From an uncultured Verrucomicrobiae bacterium (lineage in GTDB: Bacteria; Verrucomicrobiota; Verrucomicrobiia; Limisphaerales; Palsa-1400), in contig CAVPOM010000015.1 in NCBI GenBank assembly GCA_963707025.1, positions 96,001 through 160,000 of the forward strand: a stretch of DNA of 64,000 nt. The letters run 5' to 3'. Both the position numbers and the translations under genes were made by a program. The notes beneath the pieces are model-generated. The model searched no databases. It saw nothing but the letters and a program-made list of their open reading frames with translations, and was not told the DNA's origin. Below are positions 49,398-60,243 of this stretch, in pieces. Positions within the stretch are counted from its first letter, which is position 1. The number at the start of each line of letters is the position of its first letter.

Positions 49398-51713
49398 TTA
49401 TTGGGCCTTTTTGCCGCCGGCCGGTTCGGCCTGGGCCGGGCCGGCGGGGCCTTCGGCCAGGGCGTGTTTGACGGCGCGGAGCAGGTCCTGGCTGGTGAAG
49501 GGCTTCTGCAGGTAGGGATCCTCCTCCTCCACCTTGTTGGACCGGACATAGCCGCTGCACCACAAGATGCGGGTGCGGGGCGCGATCTGGCGGATGTGCT
49601 CGGTCAATTCCCGCCCGCTCATGTTGGGCATGACCAGGTCAACCAGGACCAGATCAATCGAGTCCTTCCAGTGGGCAAAGAGCTCCAGGGCCTTGGCCCC
49701 GCTGTTGGCCGTCAGCACGGTGTAGCCGAAAGAGGAAAGCACCATCTGCCCCATGGTCAACAACAGATCCTCGTCGTCCACCATCAGGATGGTCTGCGCG
49801 CCGCGCAATTCGGCCAGGGTGAGCGGGGCTTCCCGCACGATTTTGTCGTTGGCCGGCAGATAAACGCGCACGGCGGCGCCCGCGCCGGGCCGGTTGGAAA
49901 CGGCCACCCCGCCGCCGTGATTGGTCACGATGCCGTAAACCCAGGCCAGTCCCAGCCCGCGATGCTGGCTGCCCTTGGTGGTGAAAAACGGCTCAAAGAC
50001 ATGCGGCATGACTTCCTCCGAAATCCCCTCCCCGTTGTCGGAAACCTCCAGGCAGACATAATTGCCCGCGTTTAATTTGGCCGTGCCTTCCTCCATCGCC
50101 TGGGTCAATTCCACATTGCGCGTCTCCACCGTGATCTTGCCGTCGCTCTTGATGGCTTCGACGGCGTTTTCCAGGATGCGGACCAGGGCCTGCTGCATTT
50201 TGGCCTCGTCGAAATTGACGGTGAACAGCTTGCGTTCCAATTGCCGGAAAATGGGGACGGGATGGGGCAGGGAATTCTGCAACGCCTCCACCGTCCGCTC
50301 CAGCAAGGTGTTGAGGTTGCCGGCGGTTTGCACCCGCGCGTCCTTGTCCTGCAGACTGAAGGAAGCCAGGTCGCCGGCCACTTCGGCCGCTTTGTCAGCC
50401 GATTTTTCGATTTCGACCAGCGAGCTGCGCCAGGGATGGCCCGGCTCGGCCTTGCTTAAGAGCAGGGAGGTGTGCCCCAGGATGCTGGTCAGGGCGTTGT
50501 TGAAATCCAGCGCCACTGATCGCGCCAGTTGCAGGGCGCAGTCCAGCTTTTGCCGCTGCACCAAATGGGCCTCCAACCCCGCCGGGCTGGCCGCGCTCCC
50601 CGGCGCGGCCGGGGCCGGTTCCTTGAGCAATTGGAGCAGGCAAACATCGTCCGGCGGCAGGCAGGTCAACTGCACCAGAAAGGTCGCCGGCAGGCCGCTC
50701 TTGAGCCGGAACTTGAGGCGGGGCAGCAGGGTGGGCGCGGGCAACGCCAGAAATTGCACCAGCGAATCCTGGTTTTCCTGGGACCAGATGGTTCCGAGCT
50801 TGGCGTCCGGCTTTTCGATGGTGGCGCCGAAGGCCCGCACCGCGGCGCGATTGGCCCGGACCACCTGGCCGTTCTTGCGCAGCAGAAAGGCCGGCCAATC
50901 GGCCTCCTGCAACAGAAAATCGCCCTCCGTTTTGACCGGCGCGGCCGCCCCCGCAACTCCGGCCGGCGCGGCGGCCGCCCCGGCGGCGCTCTCCTTAAAA
51001 AACTGCCACAAGATCCATTTGCTTTGCGCCGCCGCACATATTTGCGCATGAAAGGACATGATCGTGCCGCTTTCCGCCCGCAACTGGACGGGCAGCCCTT
51101 CGCCCTGCGCCGGCTCGGCCAGAAACTTTTCCGGGGCCGCCGCGTTCTCCGCCGCCCAGATACCCCCCAAAGGCGCGCCCTTGCGCGCGGCGGCTCCAAA
51201 AACGCGCGCCGCGGCGGGATTGGCCCGGACGATCGCACCGGCCTTGTCCACCACCAGCGCCGGCCAGTCGGCGTTGGTCAGGGCAAAGGGCACTTCCATC
51301 GCCTCGAGAAACGTCGCGGGCGGCGAGCCGGCCGATTCCCGCGGGCGCAGCGGGGAGGTTTCCGACGCGCCGGGAGCCGGGCCGCCGAACAATTGCAAAA
51401 GATAGTAATTCCGGCCTTCGCGGGAGAGTTTGGTGACGCGGGACTGAAAGCGCCCTTTTTGTCCGCCGAGGCAGGTGAGCTTCATTTCGCCCGGTTTGCC
51501 CGCCGCCTCCTGGTCGGCCAGAAAGCGGTCCAGCTTAATGCCATTGCTCCCGTCGCCGTCATCCAGGAGGGCGGACAGTGAAGCGACCCCTTGGACGGCG
51601 GTTCCAAAAAGCTGGCAGGCGGCACGATTGGCCCGGCAAATGGCGCCGCTTTCCTCCAGGAGCAATGCCGGCCATCCCGCTTTTTCCAGGACAAAGTCGG
51701 TCTGTCGTCTCAT
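49398..51713 (-). CDS. Hybrid histidine kinase-like protein (three PAS-like repeats, HisKA, HATPase, receiver)
   Basis: VALDFNNALT, FEPFFTTK, GLGLA, MVDDE, DLVMP, QKPF. Confidence 0.9.
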   Translation of the reverse strand: MRRQTDFVLEKAGWPALLLEESGAICRANRAACQLFGTAVQGVASLSALLDDGDGSNGIKLDRFLADQEAAGKPGEMKLTCLGGQKGRFQSRVTKLSREGRNYYLLQLFGGPAPGASETSPLRPRESAGSPPATFLEAMEVPFALTNADWPALVVDKAGAIVRANPAAARVFGAAARKGAPLGGIWAAENAAAPEKFLAEPAQGEGLPVQLRAESGTIMSFHAQICAAAQSKWILWQFFKESAAGAAAAPAGVAGAAAPVKTEGDFLLQEADWPAFLLRKNGQVVRANRAAVRAFGATIEKPDAKLGTIWSQENQDSLVQFLALPAPTLLPRLKFRLKSGLPATFLVQLTCLPPDDVCLLQLLKEPAPAAPGSAASPAGLEAHLVQRQKLDCALQLARSVALDFNNALTSILGHTSLLLSKAEPGHPWRSSLVEIEKSADKAAEVAGDLASFSLQDKDARVQTAGNLNTLLERTVEALQNSLPHPVPIFRQLERKLFTVNFDEAKMQQALVRILENAVEAIKSDGKITVETRNVELTQAMEEGTAKLNAGNYVCLEVSDNGEGISEEVMPHVFEPFFTTKGSQHRGLGLAWVYGIVTNHGGGVAVSNRPGAGAAVRVYLPANDKIVREAPLTLAELRGAQTILMVDDEDLLLTMGQMVLSSFGYTVLTANSGAKALELFAHWKDSIDLVLVDLVMPNMSGRELTEHIRQIAPRTRILWCSGYVRSNKVEEEDPYLQKPFTSQDLLRAVKHALAEGPAGPAQAEPAGGKKAQ

Positions 51714-52033
51714 CAGCCAGAATCAATACCCTGTTTTCCTGTTCCTCTCAAACTAAATTGAGCGGCTTGGAAATAAGTCAGGATTGGGGATCAGAATCAG
51801 GATTAACGCGCGGGTGGAGCGGGCGGCCCGCCCTGCCGCCGGGCCGCCGCCCCTGCGGCAGATAACCTGCCACCATTCTGTAAAAAAACGCGTCTGACGG
51901 CAGGATGCCGCCCCCCGTTCCAGCCAAGCGTGGCGCTGTCAGATGGGTCCGGGTTTGCTTTGAGCTGCGCTTTGCGCTTGCGTGGGACGGGCCAGGGCGT
52001 AATTTCACGGGCGTTGAATTCTAATTTGCAGAT

Positions 52034-54267
52034 ATGAGCGCCACGCCATTAACAACGTCAGAAATCACGGAAATCATTGCCGGCTTGAACCGCTTGGCGC
52101 GGAATTTGTGGTGGACCTGGAACCAGGGGCCCCAGGAAGTATTCGCCGAGCTTTCGCCGCGCTGCTGGCAGAATCTCTACCATAACGCGGTGGCCGTGCT
52201 GCGGGAAGTCTCCGATTACGAACTGCGCATGCGGCTGCAGGACGTGGAATTCGCGCGCCGGGTGCGGCTGGTGCTGCGCGATTTCGAGGCCTATCTGCGC
52301 GACCAGCAGACCTGGGGGCGGCAAAACGCGCCGGAACTGATCAAGAATCCGGTGGCGTATTTTTCGGCTGAATTCGGTTTTCACGAGACGCTGCCCATCG
52401 CGGCGGGCGGTCTGGGGATTTTGGCGGGGGACCACGCCAAGTCGGCCAGCGACCTGGACCTTGGTTTTGCCGGAATCAGCCTCTTTTATCGGGAGGGTTA
52501 CTTTCAGCAGGTGATCAACCAGGACAACTGGCAGACCGAACATTACACTCTGCTCCACCCGCGGGACCTGCCGCTGGAACCGGTGCTGGACAGCAAAGGC
52601 GAGCCGCTGGTCTGCGTGGTGGACATTGACTTGACGGAGGTTTTCTTCCACGCCTGGAAGGTCAATGTGGGGCGCACCGTGGTTTATTTGCTGGACTCCA
52701 ACCGCCCGGAAAACCCGGAGCATCACCGGGACCTGACGCGGCGGGTCTATGGCGGGGACAACGCCATGCGGATCATGCAGGAGGTGCTGCTGGGAGTCGG
52801 CGGGGTGCGGCTCTTGCGCGCCTTGGGCGTGCAGCCGCGGGTCTTTCACATGAACGAAGGGCACGCCGCCTTCCTCACGCTGGAGTTGATCCGGGAAAAA
52901 CTGGCCGCGGGCCTGACCTTCGCGCAGGCGGCGGCCAAAACCAGGGAGCAGTGCATTTTCACCACCCATACCCCGGTGGAGGCGGGCCACGACCGCTTCG
53001 GCCGGGACCTCATGGCCTACTCCCTGATGAAAATCATGGGCCAGTTGGGAATTCCGCTCGAAGAAATGATGGCGCTGGGACGGGTGGACCCCAAGAACCA
53101 GAGCGAACCGTTCTGCATGACCGTGCTGGGCTTGAAACACTCCCGCGCCGCCAACGCAGTGAGCCAACTCCACGGCGAAGTCAGCCGGCGCATGTGGCAC
53201 GGCCTCTGGCCCGGCAAGAAAGTGGAGGAAGTGCCCATCGGCCATATCACCAACGGCATCCATTTGATGGGCTGGATGAAAGGGCCGGTGCGCCGCTTCT
53301 GGCAGCGCAAACTTTCCGGCGCCGCCGCCCCTCCCACCTCCGGGCCGAGGCCGGCGACACCACGGCCTTCTGGCGGCGCGTTCACGGCATGGGGATGGAG
53401 CAGGAAGTCAATTCGGCGGAATTCTGGAAAAAAATCGCCGATCCGGCTTTCATTTCCGACGAGGAGCTCTGGGCCTTGCGCTTCAAGCTGCGGCGCGAAC
53501 TGATCGAATTCGCCCGCCGCCGCCTCCTCATCCAGGGCCAGCGCCTGGCGCAAGCGGATTTCATCGCCTTCGATCAATTGCTCAATCCCGACGCCCTTAC
53601 CATCGGTTTTGCCCGGCGTTTTGCCACCTACAAGCGGGCCCCGCTGATTTTCGACCACTTTGAAAGCATCGTCAAACTGGCCCACGACCGGCAGCGCCCC
53701 GTGCAGTTTATTTATTCCGGCAAGGCCCATCCGCGCGACGACGACGGCAAGCGCTTCATCCAGCGCATCATTCATTTGAGCAAGTTCAGCGAGCTGAAAG
53801 GGCACTTGGTCTTTATTGAGAATTATGACGTCCACGTCGCCCGCCAAATGGTTTCCGGCTGCGACGTTTGGCTCAACAATCCCCGCCGCCCCCTGGAGGC
53901 CTCCGGCACCAGCGGCCAAAAGGCCGGCTGCCACGGCTGCCTGAATCTGAGCATCATGGACGGCTGGTGGCGGGAAGCCTTCGACGGCACCAATGGTTTT
54001 GCCATCGGCGACGATTCCCATCCCGACTCCATCGAGGAGCAGGACCGCCGGGACAGCGCCAACCTGTATCAGGCCCTGACGGAGCAAGTGATCCCGGCCT
54101 TCTTCAACCGGGACGAGAGCGGCATTCCGCGCCGCTGGGTGGCGATGATGCGGCGGGCCATGGTCACGCTCGTCCCCACATACAACACCTGGCGCATGGT
54201 CCAGGAATACACCGCCAAGTACTACTTGCCGCTGGCCGCGCGCTCTTCGCGGGCGTCCATCAAGTAA
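52034..54267 (+). CDS. glgP: Alpha-glucan (glycogen/maltodextrin) phosphorylase, frameshift near 53335-53350
   Basis: GGLGILAGD, HMNEGH, FTTHTP, ITNGIH in the first frame; ARRFATYKR, EASGTSGQK in the second. Confidence 0.92.
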
Positions 54268-55175
54268 TCAAGGTAAAAACACAGCCGCGGCTTTAATTCG
54301 GTTCGCGACACAATGGCGTCAATCAAACCATGCTCCAACAGGAATTCGGCGGTTTGAAAACCGGGCGGCAATTCCGCCTGCGTCGTGTCTTTGATCACCC
54401 GCGGCCCGGCAAAACCGATCATGGCCCCTGGCTCCGCCAAAATCAAATCGCCCACCGTGGCAAAACTGGCCATGACCCCGGCCATGGTCGGGTCGGTCAA
54501 CAAACTGATGTAAGGCAGCTTGCTTTTGGCGTAATACGCCAGCGCCCCGCAGGTCTTGGCCATTTGCATGAGGCTGAACATGCCCTCATACATGCGCGCC
54601 CCGCCGCTGGTGGAAATGATGATGAGCGGCAGGCACCGCGCCGTGGCTGATTCGATCAGCCGGGTCAGCCTTTCCCCCACCACCGAACCCATCGAGCCGC
54701 CCAAAAAACCAAAATCCATCACCCCCAATGCCACCCGATGCCGCCCGATCCGCCCGATCCCGGTGCAGACCGCATCCTTCAGGCCGGTGGATTTCTGATA
54801 CTGGTCCAGCTTGGCCGTGTAGGAGGATGGCCCCGTAAAATTCAGCACGTCCACACTTTCCATCGAAGCGTCGTTCTCCTCAAACGAGCAGGTCTCCACC
54901 AGCGTGTGAATCCGTTCGCGCGCGGAAATGGGGAAATGGAAGCCGCATTTCGGGCAAACCTTCAGGTTCGTGTCCAACTCCTTGTCGTAAATCATGCTCG
55001 AGCACTTTTTGCATTTGGTCCAGATGCCTTCCGGAATGTCCCGTTTGCGCGATTTCGCGCTGCTCAGCTTGGGCTTCTTGGCGAAGGTCGTGGGCGCCTC
55101 GCCCGCGGGGTGGGCCACCGCCGGCTCCGGCGTCTCGATGCCGAGGGTCTTGCGGACAAATGACGTCGTGTTCAT
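54222..55175 (-). CDS. accD: Acetyl-CoA carboxylase carboxyltransferase beta subunit
   Basis: WTKCKKC...CPKC zinc finger, GGSMGSVVGE, SGGARMYEG, GFAGPRVI, FQTAEFLLEHG. Confidence 0.95.
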   Translation of the reverse strand: MNTTSFVRKTLGIETPEPAVAHPAGEAPTTFAKKPKLSSAKSRKRDIPEGIWTKCKKCSSMIYDKELDTNLKVCPKCGFHFPISARERIHTLVETCSFEENDASMESVDVLNFTGPSSYTAKLDQYQKSTGLKDAVCTGIGRIGRHRVALGVMDFGFLGGSMGSVVGERLTRLIESATARCLPLIIISTSGGARMYEGMFSLMQMAKTCGALAYYAKSKLPYISLLTDPTMAGVMASFATVGDLILAEPGAMIGFAGPRVIKDTTQAELPPGFQTAEFLLEHGLIDAIVSRTELKPRLCFYLDYLMDAREERAASGK

Positions 55176-55279
55176 CTTCGGAACGTGTTCCATGCAAGGA
55201 ATTCTTTCATTGATCTTGACCGATACCAGGACATAGCCGTCACAACGCGGCCTGAGATTAACGGCGCCGGCCCAAGCCG

Positions 55280-56056
55280 TCAAGTCCCGTGTCCCGCCGC
55301 CGCCCGTGCCACTGTCCAAACACAGACCTCCCCCGCCCCGGCCCTGCGCAAGGCCTGGGCGCAGGCGTTGCTGGTCGCCCCGGTGGTCAGGACATCATCC
55401 AGCAGCACGATTTTTTCGCCAGTCAATTTTTTCCCGCCGCAAAACGCGAAGGCCTGGTGGACATTGGCCGCGCGTTGTTCGCGCGTGAGCTTGGTCTGGG
55501 TCATGGTGGGTCTGACACGCCGGAGCAGCCCGGCGTTCACCGGGATGTTCACGGCGCGCCCCAGCCGGGCGGCCAGGCGCTCCGCCTGGTTGAATTCGCG
55601 CTCGCGTTTTTTCACCGCATACAGCGGCACCGGCACGATGAAATCCCAGGCTTCCGCCGCCAGGGCGGGCGCGGCGCAGGCAATGAGCAGGCCGGCCAAA
55701 AACGGCTCAAACCAGAGCGACCGGCTGTATTTATAGCGATGGATCACGTCGAGCATCATGGCGTTGGCCACCACGGCGGAGCGCGCCCAGCGATAATGCA
55801 AAGTGACCTCCCGGCAGTTGGCGCATTGGAACGGATGACTCATTTCCCCCTCGAAGGGCAGCCCGCACCGCTCGCAAAACGGCGCCGTGACAAACCTCAC
55901 CCCGCCCCGGCAGGCCGGGCCGACGCAACCTTGCGCCGCCTCCGCCCGCTCCTCTCCGCAAATCTGGCAGACGGGCGGATAAAACCAATTCAGCACCGCG
56001 TCCAGGGCGGTTTTCCAGGAGATTGCAATCGCGGTTGTCGCTGGTGCGTCACTCAT
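55280..56056 (-). CDS. comF: ComF family protein (zinc ribbon + phosphoribosyltransferase)
   Basis: CxxC pairs, VPVPL, REFNQA, LLDDVLTTGAT. Confidence 0.9.
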   Translation of the reverse strand: MSDAPATTAIAISWKTALDAVLNWFYPPVCQICGEERAEAAQGCVGPACRGGVRFVTAPFCERCGLPFEGEMSHPFQCANCREVTLHYRWARSAVVANAMMLDVIHRYKYSRSLWFEPFLAGLLIACAAPALAAEAWDFIVPVPLYAVKKREREFNQAERLAARLGRAVNIPVNAGLLRRVRPTMTQTKLTREQRAANVHQAFAFCGGKKLTGEKIVLLDDVLTTGATSNACAQALRRAGAGEVCVWTVARAAAGHGT

Positions 56057-56092
56057 GGATGGACCGGGAAAGCCAGGGCGGGCACTCCGCTG

Positions 56093-56167
56093 CCCGCCGT
56101 CGGGCTTTGCCAGAGCACCAATGCCGCAGTACCGTCAAGCGGCGGGCAGAGGGCTGCCCGCCCTACC
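56093..56167. repeat. Inverted pair of REP-like palindromes (GTAG type)
   Basis: CTGCCCGCCG ... CGGCGGGCAGAGGGCTGCCCGCCCTACC, with the partner AGGGCGGGCACTCCG just upstream. Confidence 0.65.
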
Positions 56168-56192
56168 ATTCGAGACTGACGCATTTTACGTG

Positions 56193-57104
56193 TCATAATC
56201 CTCTCCTGGAATTCGCGCCGGACGCCGGTGGCCCGGCGCGCCACACCCCCGCCAGCACCACCGCCAGGAGGCAGAACGGCAGCCAGCCGTCAATCAACTT
56301 GTCACTGCCCCAGATCGGACGCCAGGCGCCCGGCACCTCCCGCGTCAGCGACCGGTAAGCGGTCAGCCAAAAAATCCAGCCCGCATGAAGCCCGATGGAC
56401 ATGAACAACGTCCCCGTGCGCTGATAAGCCAGCGCCAGAATCGCCCCCGCCAGCAGCAGCGTAAAAAAAGCCGGCGCCAGCCCGGGTTCGCCGAGGGGAA
56501 CGCGGAACAACTCCGGCAACAGCCGGATTCCGGAGAGCCAGTCAATCGGCTGCGGCGTCGGGGCCTTTTGCAAAAAATGGACCGAGGCATAAACCGCGCT
56601 GCTCACCGCCAGGGCCGCCGGCCACGCCAGGGCTTTTCGCAAAATCCCAAACACCGCCCCGCGAAAAATCAATTCCTCCAAAATGGCGACCACGATGGCC
56701 GTCACCGTTGCGCCCGCCAAAATATGAAACATCTCCGCCTGGCTGTGCGACAAATTGGCCGTCCGTCCTCCGCACAGAATCGCCAGCCCTGCCGCGCCGG
56801 CGAGCGACCCGAAGCCGATGCCAAATCCCGCCGCCAAATTCCCCCCTGGCCGTCCGCGCTTCCCCAGCCCCATCTCCCGCGCACTGAGCATCCCGCACCC
56901 CCGCAACAGCGGCCAAAGCCCAATCACCGCCAGCCCCAGGATGGCGCGGAGAACGAAGCGGGAGAAAGGATTCTTAGCCAGCCCGTCCAGAGCCGTCCAA
57001 TGCCGCGCTCCCCATTGAGTGAGCTGATAAAGCCAGGGAGCGAGCAACGCTCCGCCGCCAAACACCGCCGCCAAATAAACCGCCAGCAAACAAATCGGCC
57101 GCAT
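56193..57104 (-). CDS. CPBP (CAAX/Abi) intramembrane metalloprotease
   Basis: EELIFRG, YASVH, SIGLHAGW. Confidence 0.9.
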   Translation of the reverse strand: MRPICLLAVYLAAVFGGGALLAPWLYQLTQWGARHWTALDGLAKNPFSRFVLRAILGLAVIGLWPLLRGCGMLSAREMGLGKRGRPGGNLAAGFGIGFGSLAGAAGLAILCGGRTANLSHSQAEMFHILAGATVTAIVVAILEELIFRGAVFGILRKALAWPAALAVSSAVYASVHFLQKAPTPQPIDWLSGIRLLPELFRVPLGEPGLAPAFFTLLLAGAILALAYQRTGTLFMSIGLHAGWIFWLTAYRSLTREVPGAWRPIWGSDKLIDGWLPFCLLAVVLAGVWRAGPPASGANSRRGL

Positions 57105-57170
57105 CGCCCCCAATTATCAAACCCCTCCCCATTCCTGCCAAGTATATAATCAAGGGTGAGGTTGGAAAAG

Positions 57171-57473
57171 TCAAAGTGCCCCGCCGCCACTCTCCTTCCA
57201 GATCCTGTAGCCCTCCAATTCCTCGGGCGTGACTATGGTCGTGGTGATTAGCACGGGCTTCTCCTCAAGGAAACCGGCTTCCAGCAGCGGTACATGGCCG
57301 ATGCCGAATCCGTCAGGGTCGTCCAGAAACACGTTGAGCGTGTCGCCGCCCTCGATGTAATCCAACAGCGCCCGCACCGGAACCCGTGTGCCGGCAAAGC
57401 ACGGCTCGCCACTCATGATTTCCGGGTCCGCCACCACAATGAGCTTCTTCGTTATGTCTGTAGTTAAACCCAC
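57171..57473 (-). pseudogene. DUF433-like N-terminus joined to an unrelated tail
   Basis: DPEIMSGEPCFAGTRVPVRALLDYIEGGDTL..FLDD then an abrupt change; start unclear. Confidence 0.55.
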
Positions 57474-57555
57474 CCTGGCCCCAATGACAACCCCTCAATT
57501 CCAGCCAGGCTGCTCCCGCCTCGCCAAATCTCTCACGCCTCTCCTGCAAGCCGCC

Positions 57556-58018
57556 ATTTATCATTTATCATTTTGCATCTATAATTCTCCCCAAGGGGGC
57601 TTGACAAAAATTAGAACCTATGGTTGAATCGTCCGCGTGAGGCACGTAGGAACAATCCAGGGCAGCGTCCTGGAGGATGCGCCCGGCGCAGGCGTGGAAG
57701 GCGCGGCGTGGCGGAGCCGCCTCCAAGGCGAAAATGGAGGATGGAGGATCGAGAATGGAAAAGCGGCATTTTTGCCAAACGATCCAAAACATTTAAAATT
57801 CTGCCAAATTAGTGTACTTATATGATCCATGCATTGCAACAGCGTCTTTTTCTGCGCCTTTTGAGCATTTTTGTGGCAAATCAACCCAAGTGCCTTCCCA
57901 TGAAGCATTTACACCCAAAAACCAGCTTTTCCAATCAAGCCCAATCAAGCCTAATCAAGGCATTTTTTTGAACCACCGTGCCCATCACTCCATCACTCCA
58001 ATACTCCACCACTCCATT
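57556..58018. repeat. Mosaic of short tandem repeats (7-, 8-, 9- and 10-bp periods)
   Basis: TTTATCA x2-3; ATGGAGG x2-3; TTTTTCTGCGCCTTTTGAGCATTTTTGTGG; CCAATCAAGC x3; CATCACTC-like x4. Confidence 0.75.
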
Positions 58019-58056
58019 AGACTTTCCCTGTTTGGCGGACCAAAATCAGTCCCAAA

Positions 58057-60243
58057 ATGACAATTCACGCACTTCTTTTCCGATCTCTTCGCAGTCCGTC
58101 CCTGTCGGCCGTTCTTTTTTTCCTGGCCCTGCCGCCGGCCGTGCGGAGCGCGGAAGATCCCGGCCAACTTCGCCCCTGGCGCGATTATCACGTCATCATG
58201 TGGGTGGGCGACTCGGCCTGGCAACAACCGGCCAAAATTCCGCTCTTCTTTCAGCGGTTGCGCGAAATGGGCGTCAATACTGCCATGGTTTACGGCGACG
58301 GCGACCGCCGGCCGGTGCTGGACAACCACTTCCCCTATTACGTGGAGAACATGGTCAACCGCGGCCTCTGCTTGAAATGGAATTCCAACGTGCGCGATTG
58401 GGACAAGTTTGTCACCGATTGGGCCAAAGCGGGCCGGCCGCAATCGGCCTTCGTGCGCGATTACTGCCTGGACGACCCCGCCTGGCGCGACTGGGCGCGC
58501 GGAGAGATGCAACGCCTCGCCCGCAAAAACCAGGCGGAGGCGCCGCTGGCCTATGACATCCGCGACGAACTGTCCACCACCATCTCCGCCAATCCCTTTG
58601 ACTATGATTTCAATCCGCCCGCCCTGGCCGGTTTCCGCGAGTGGCTCCGCGCCGAATATCGCGATCTGTCCGGACTGAACGCCGAATGGGAAACCGGATT
58701 CCATTCCTGGGACGAGGTTAAACCCTTCAGCACCGACCAGATCAAAAACCGCATGGCCAGCGGCGACGCCCTGCCGCGCGGCCAACCGGACTGGCAGGCG
58801 GTGGAGAGGCTGAAGTTCGATCCCCTCGCCGCGCGGCGAGCCCCCACCCGCTGGAACTTCGCGCCGTGGGCGGATTTCCGGACTTACCAGGATGTCGCCC
58901 TGGCGGGCGCGCTGGCCGGGCTGCGCAACGCGGCGCGCGCCGTGGACCCGCGCACCCCCGTGGGCATCGAAGGCACGCAGATGCCGGCCGCTTTCGGCGG
59001 TTACGATCTCTGGCGGCTGGCGCAGGCGCTGGATTGGGTCGAACCCTATGACATCGCCGACGCGCGCGAAATCTTCGGCTCCTTCATGCCGGGCAAACCC
59101 GTGCTCACCACTGTTTCCGAAAAGGACACCGATCACGCGCGCCGCCGTCTCTGGCACCTTCTCCTGGAAGGCGACCGCGGCTGCATCGTGTGGTGGAGCG
59201 AGGACTGCATTGATTGGAAAAGCGCGGATTGCGCGCTGACGGCGAAAGGCCGGGCGCTGGCCCCCGCCTTGCGGGAAATGACCGGGCCGCTGGCCCAACT
59301 CTTCCTGCGCGCCGGGCGCGTCCGCGATCCCATATTCATCCATTACTCGCAGCCCAGCGTGCAGGTGGATTGGCTGCTTGAATCCACCGTGGACGGTTCG
59401 ACGTGGCCGCGGCGGTTTTCGAGTTTTGAAGCGGAACACAACCGTCAGGCCCGCGTGCGCAACGGCTGGCTCAAGGCCTTTCAAGATTTGGGCTTCTCGC
59501 CCCAGTTCATTTCCTCGGCGGAAATCGAGGCCTGCCGGCTTAAAGAACTTTCCAGCGCCGCGCTGGTGCTCCCCGCCTCGCACGCCCTCTCGGACCGCGA
59601 AGTGGCGGAAATCACCGCCTTCCTCGGCCCTGAGCAAAGCAAGCAACTCACCCGCGCCGTCTTCTGTGATGGTGTGCCCGGCGCGTTTGATCAACACGGC
59701 AAACTGCGCCAGCAAGGCGCGCTGGAGAAGTTTTTCCCCGCCGCCGCCGCGCCCTCGTCGTGCTTCGCCGTTGGCGGCCTGGGCGGGCCGTCATCGCCCG
59801 GTCCCGGCGATGTCGCCCGTTACGCCGCCGGCCGCCTCAGCGCCGCCGCCGCGCCGGAATGGCCCGACTGGCTGCGACGCCAGCTCGGTTCCCTCTCTCC
59901 CGAAATCACCCTGCCCGCCGGCGCCCGCGTGCGGCTTCACCGCTTCCGCGCCGGCCGCGCGCGGCTCATCGCCTTCGAGCGCAACGTGGATTATCAGATG
60001 AGCGAGGACTTGAAACAGGCCGGCGGCAACGAAGCCTTGGAAAAGCCGGTTGAACTGGAAGCCACCTTGTCGCGGTCCGCCCATGTCTTCGACCTGCGCG
60101 CGCAAAAATACCTGGGCCAGACCGATCACCTCCGCTTCACGCTCGATCCCTGGCAGCCGTCCCTCTTCGCCATCACGGAGGAGAAGCTGCCGGCGGAATC
60201 CATCGTGGCCACCCTGGCGCGCGAACTCGCCGACGGAAAGTGA
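58057..60243 (+). CDS. Exported GH42-like (beta-galactosidase-like) glycoside hydrolase
   Basis: Signal peptide; YDIRDE, FREWLRAEYRDLSGLNAEW, WADFRTY; C-terminal trimerisation-like domain. Confidence 0.65.
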   Translation: MTIHALLFRSLRSPSLSAVLFFLALPPAVRSAEDPGQLRPWRDYHVIMWVGDSAWQQPAKIPLFFQRLREMGVNTAMVYGDGDRRPVLDNHFPYYVENMVNRGLCLKWNSNVRDWDKFVTDWAKAGRPQSAFVRDYCLDDPAWRDWARGEMQRLARKNQAEAPLAYDIRDELSTTISANPFDYDFNPPALAGFREWLRAEYRDLSGLNAEWETGFHSWDEVKPFSTDQIKNRMASGDALPRGQPDWQAVERLKFDPLAARRAPTRWNFAPWADFRTYQDVALAGALAGLRNAARAVDPRTPVGIEGTQMPAAFGGYDLWRLAQALDWVEPYDIADAREIFGSFMPGKPVLTTVSEKDTDHARRRLWHLLLEGDRGCIVWWSEDCIDWKSADCALTAKGRALAPALREMTGPLAQLFLRAGRVRDPIFIHYSQPSVQVDWLLESTVDGSTWPRRFSSFEAEHNRQARVRNGWLKAFQDLGFSPQFISSAEIEACRLKELSSAALVLPASHALSDREVAEITAFLGPEQSKQLTRAVFCDGVPGAFDQHGKLRQQGALEKFFPAAAAPSSCFAVGGLGGPSSPGPGDVARYAAGRLSAAAAPEWPDWLRRQLGSLSPEITLPAGARVRLHRFRAGRARLIAFERNVDYQMSEDLKQAGGNEALEKPVELEATLSRSAHVFDLRAQKYLGQTDHLRFTLDPWQPSLFAITEEKLPAESIVATLARELADGK

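Noticed and set aside
53320..53360. Programmed frameshift in glgP
   Set aside because: No canonical slippery heptamer, and many similar breaks elsewhere point to sequence error; only the IS3 A8G site is accepted as programmed
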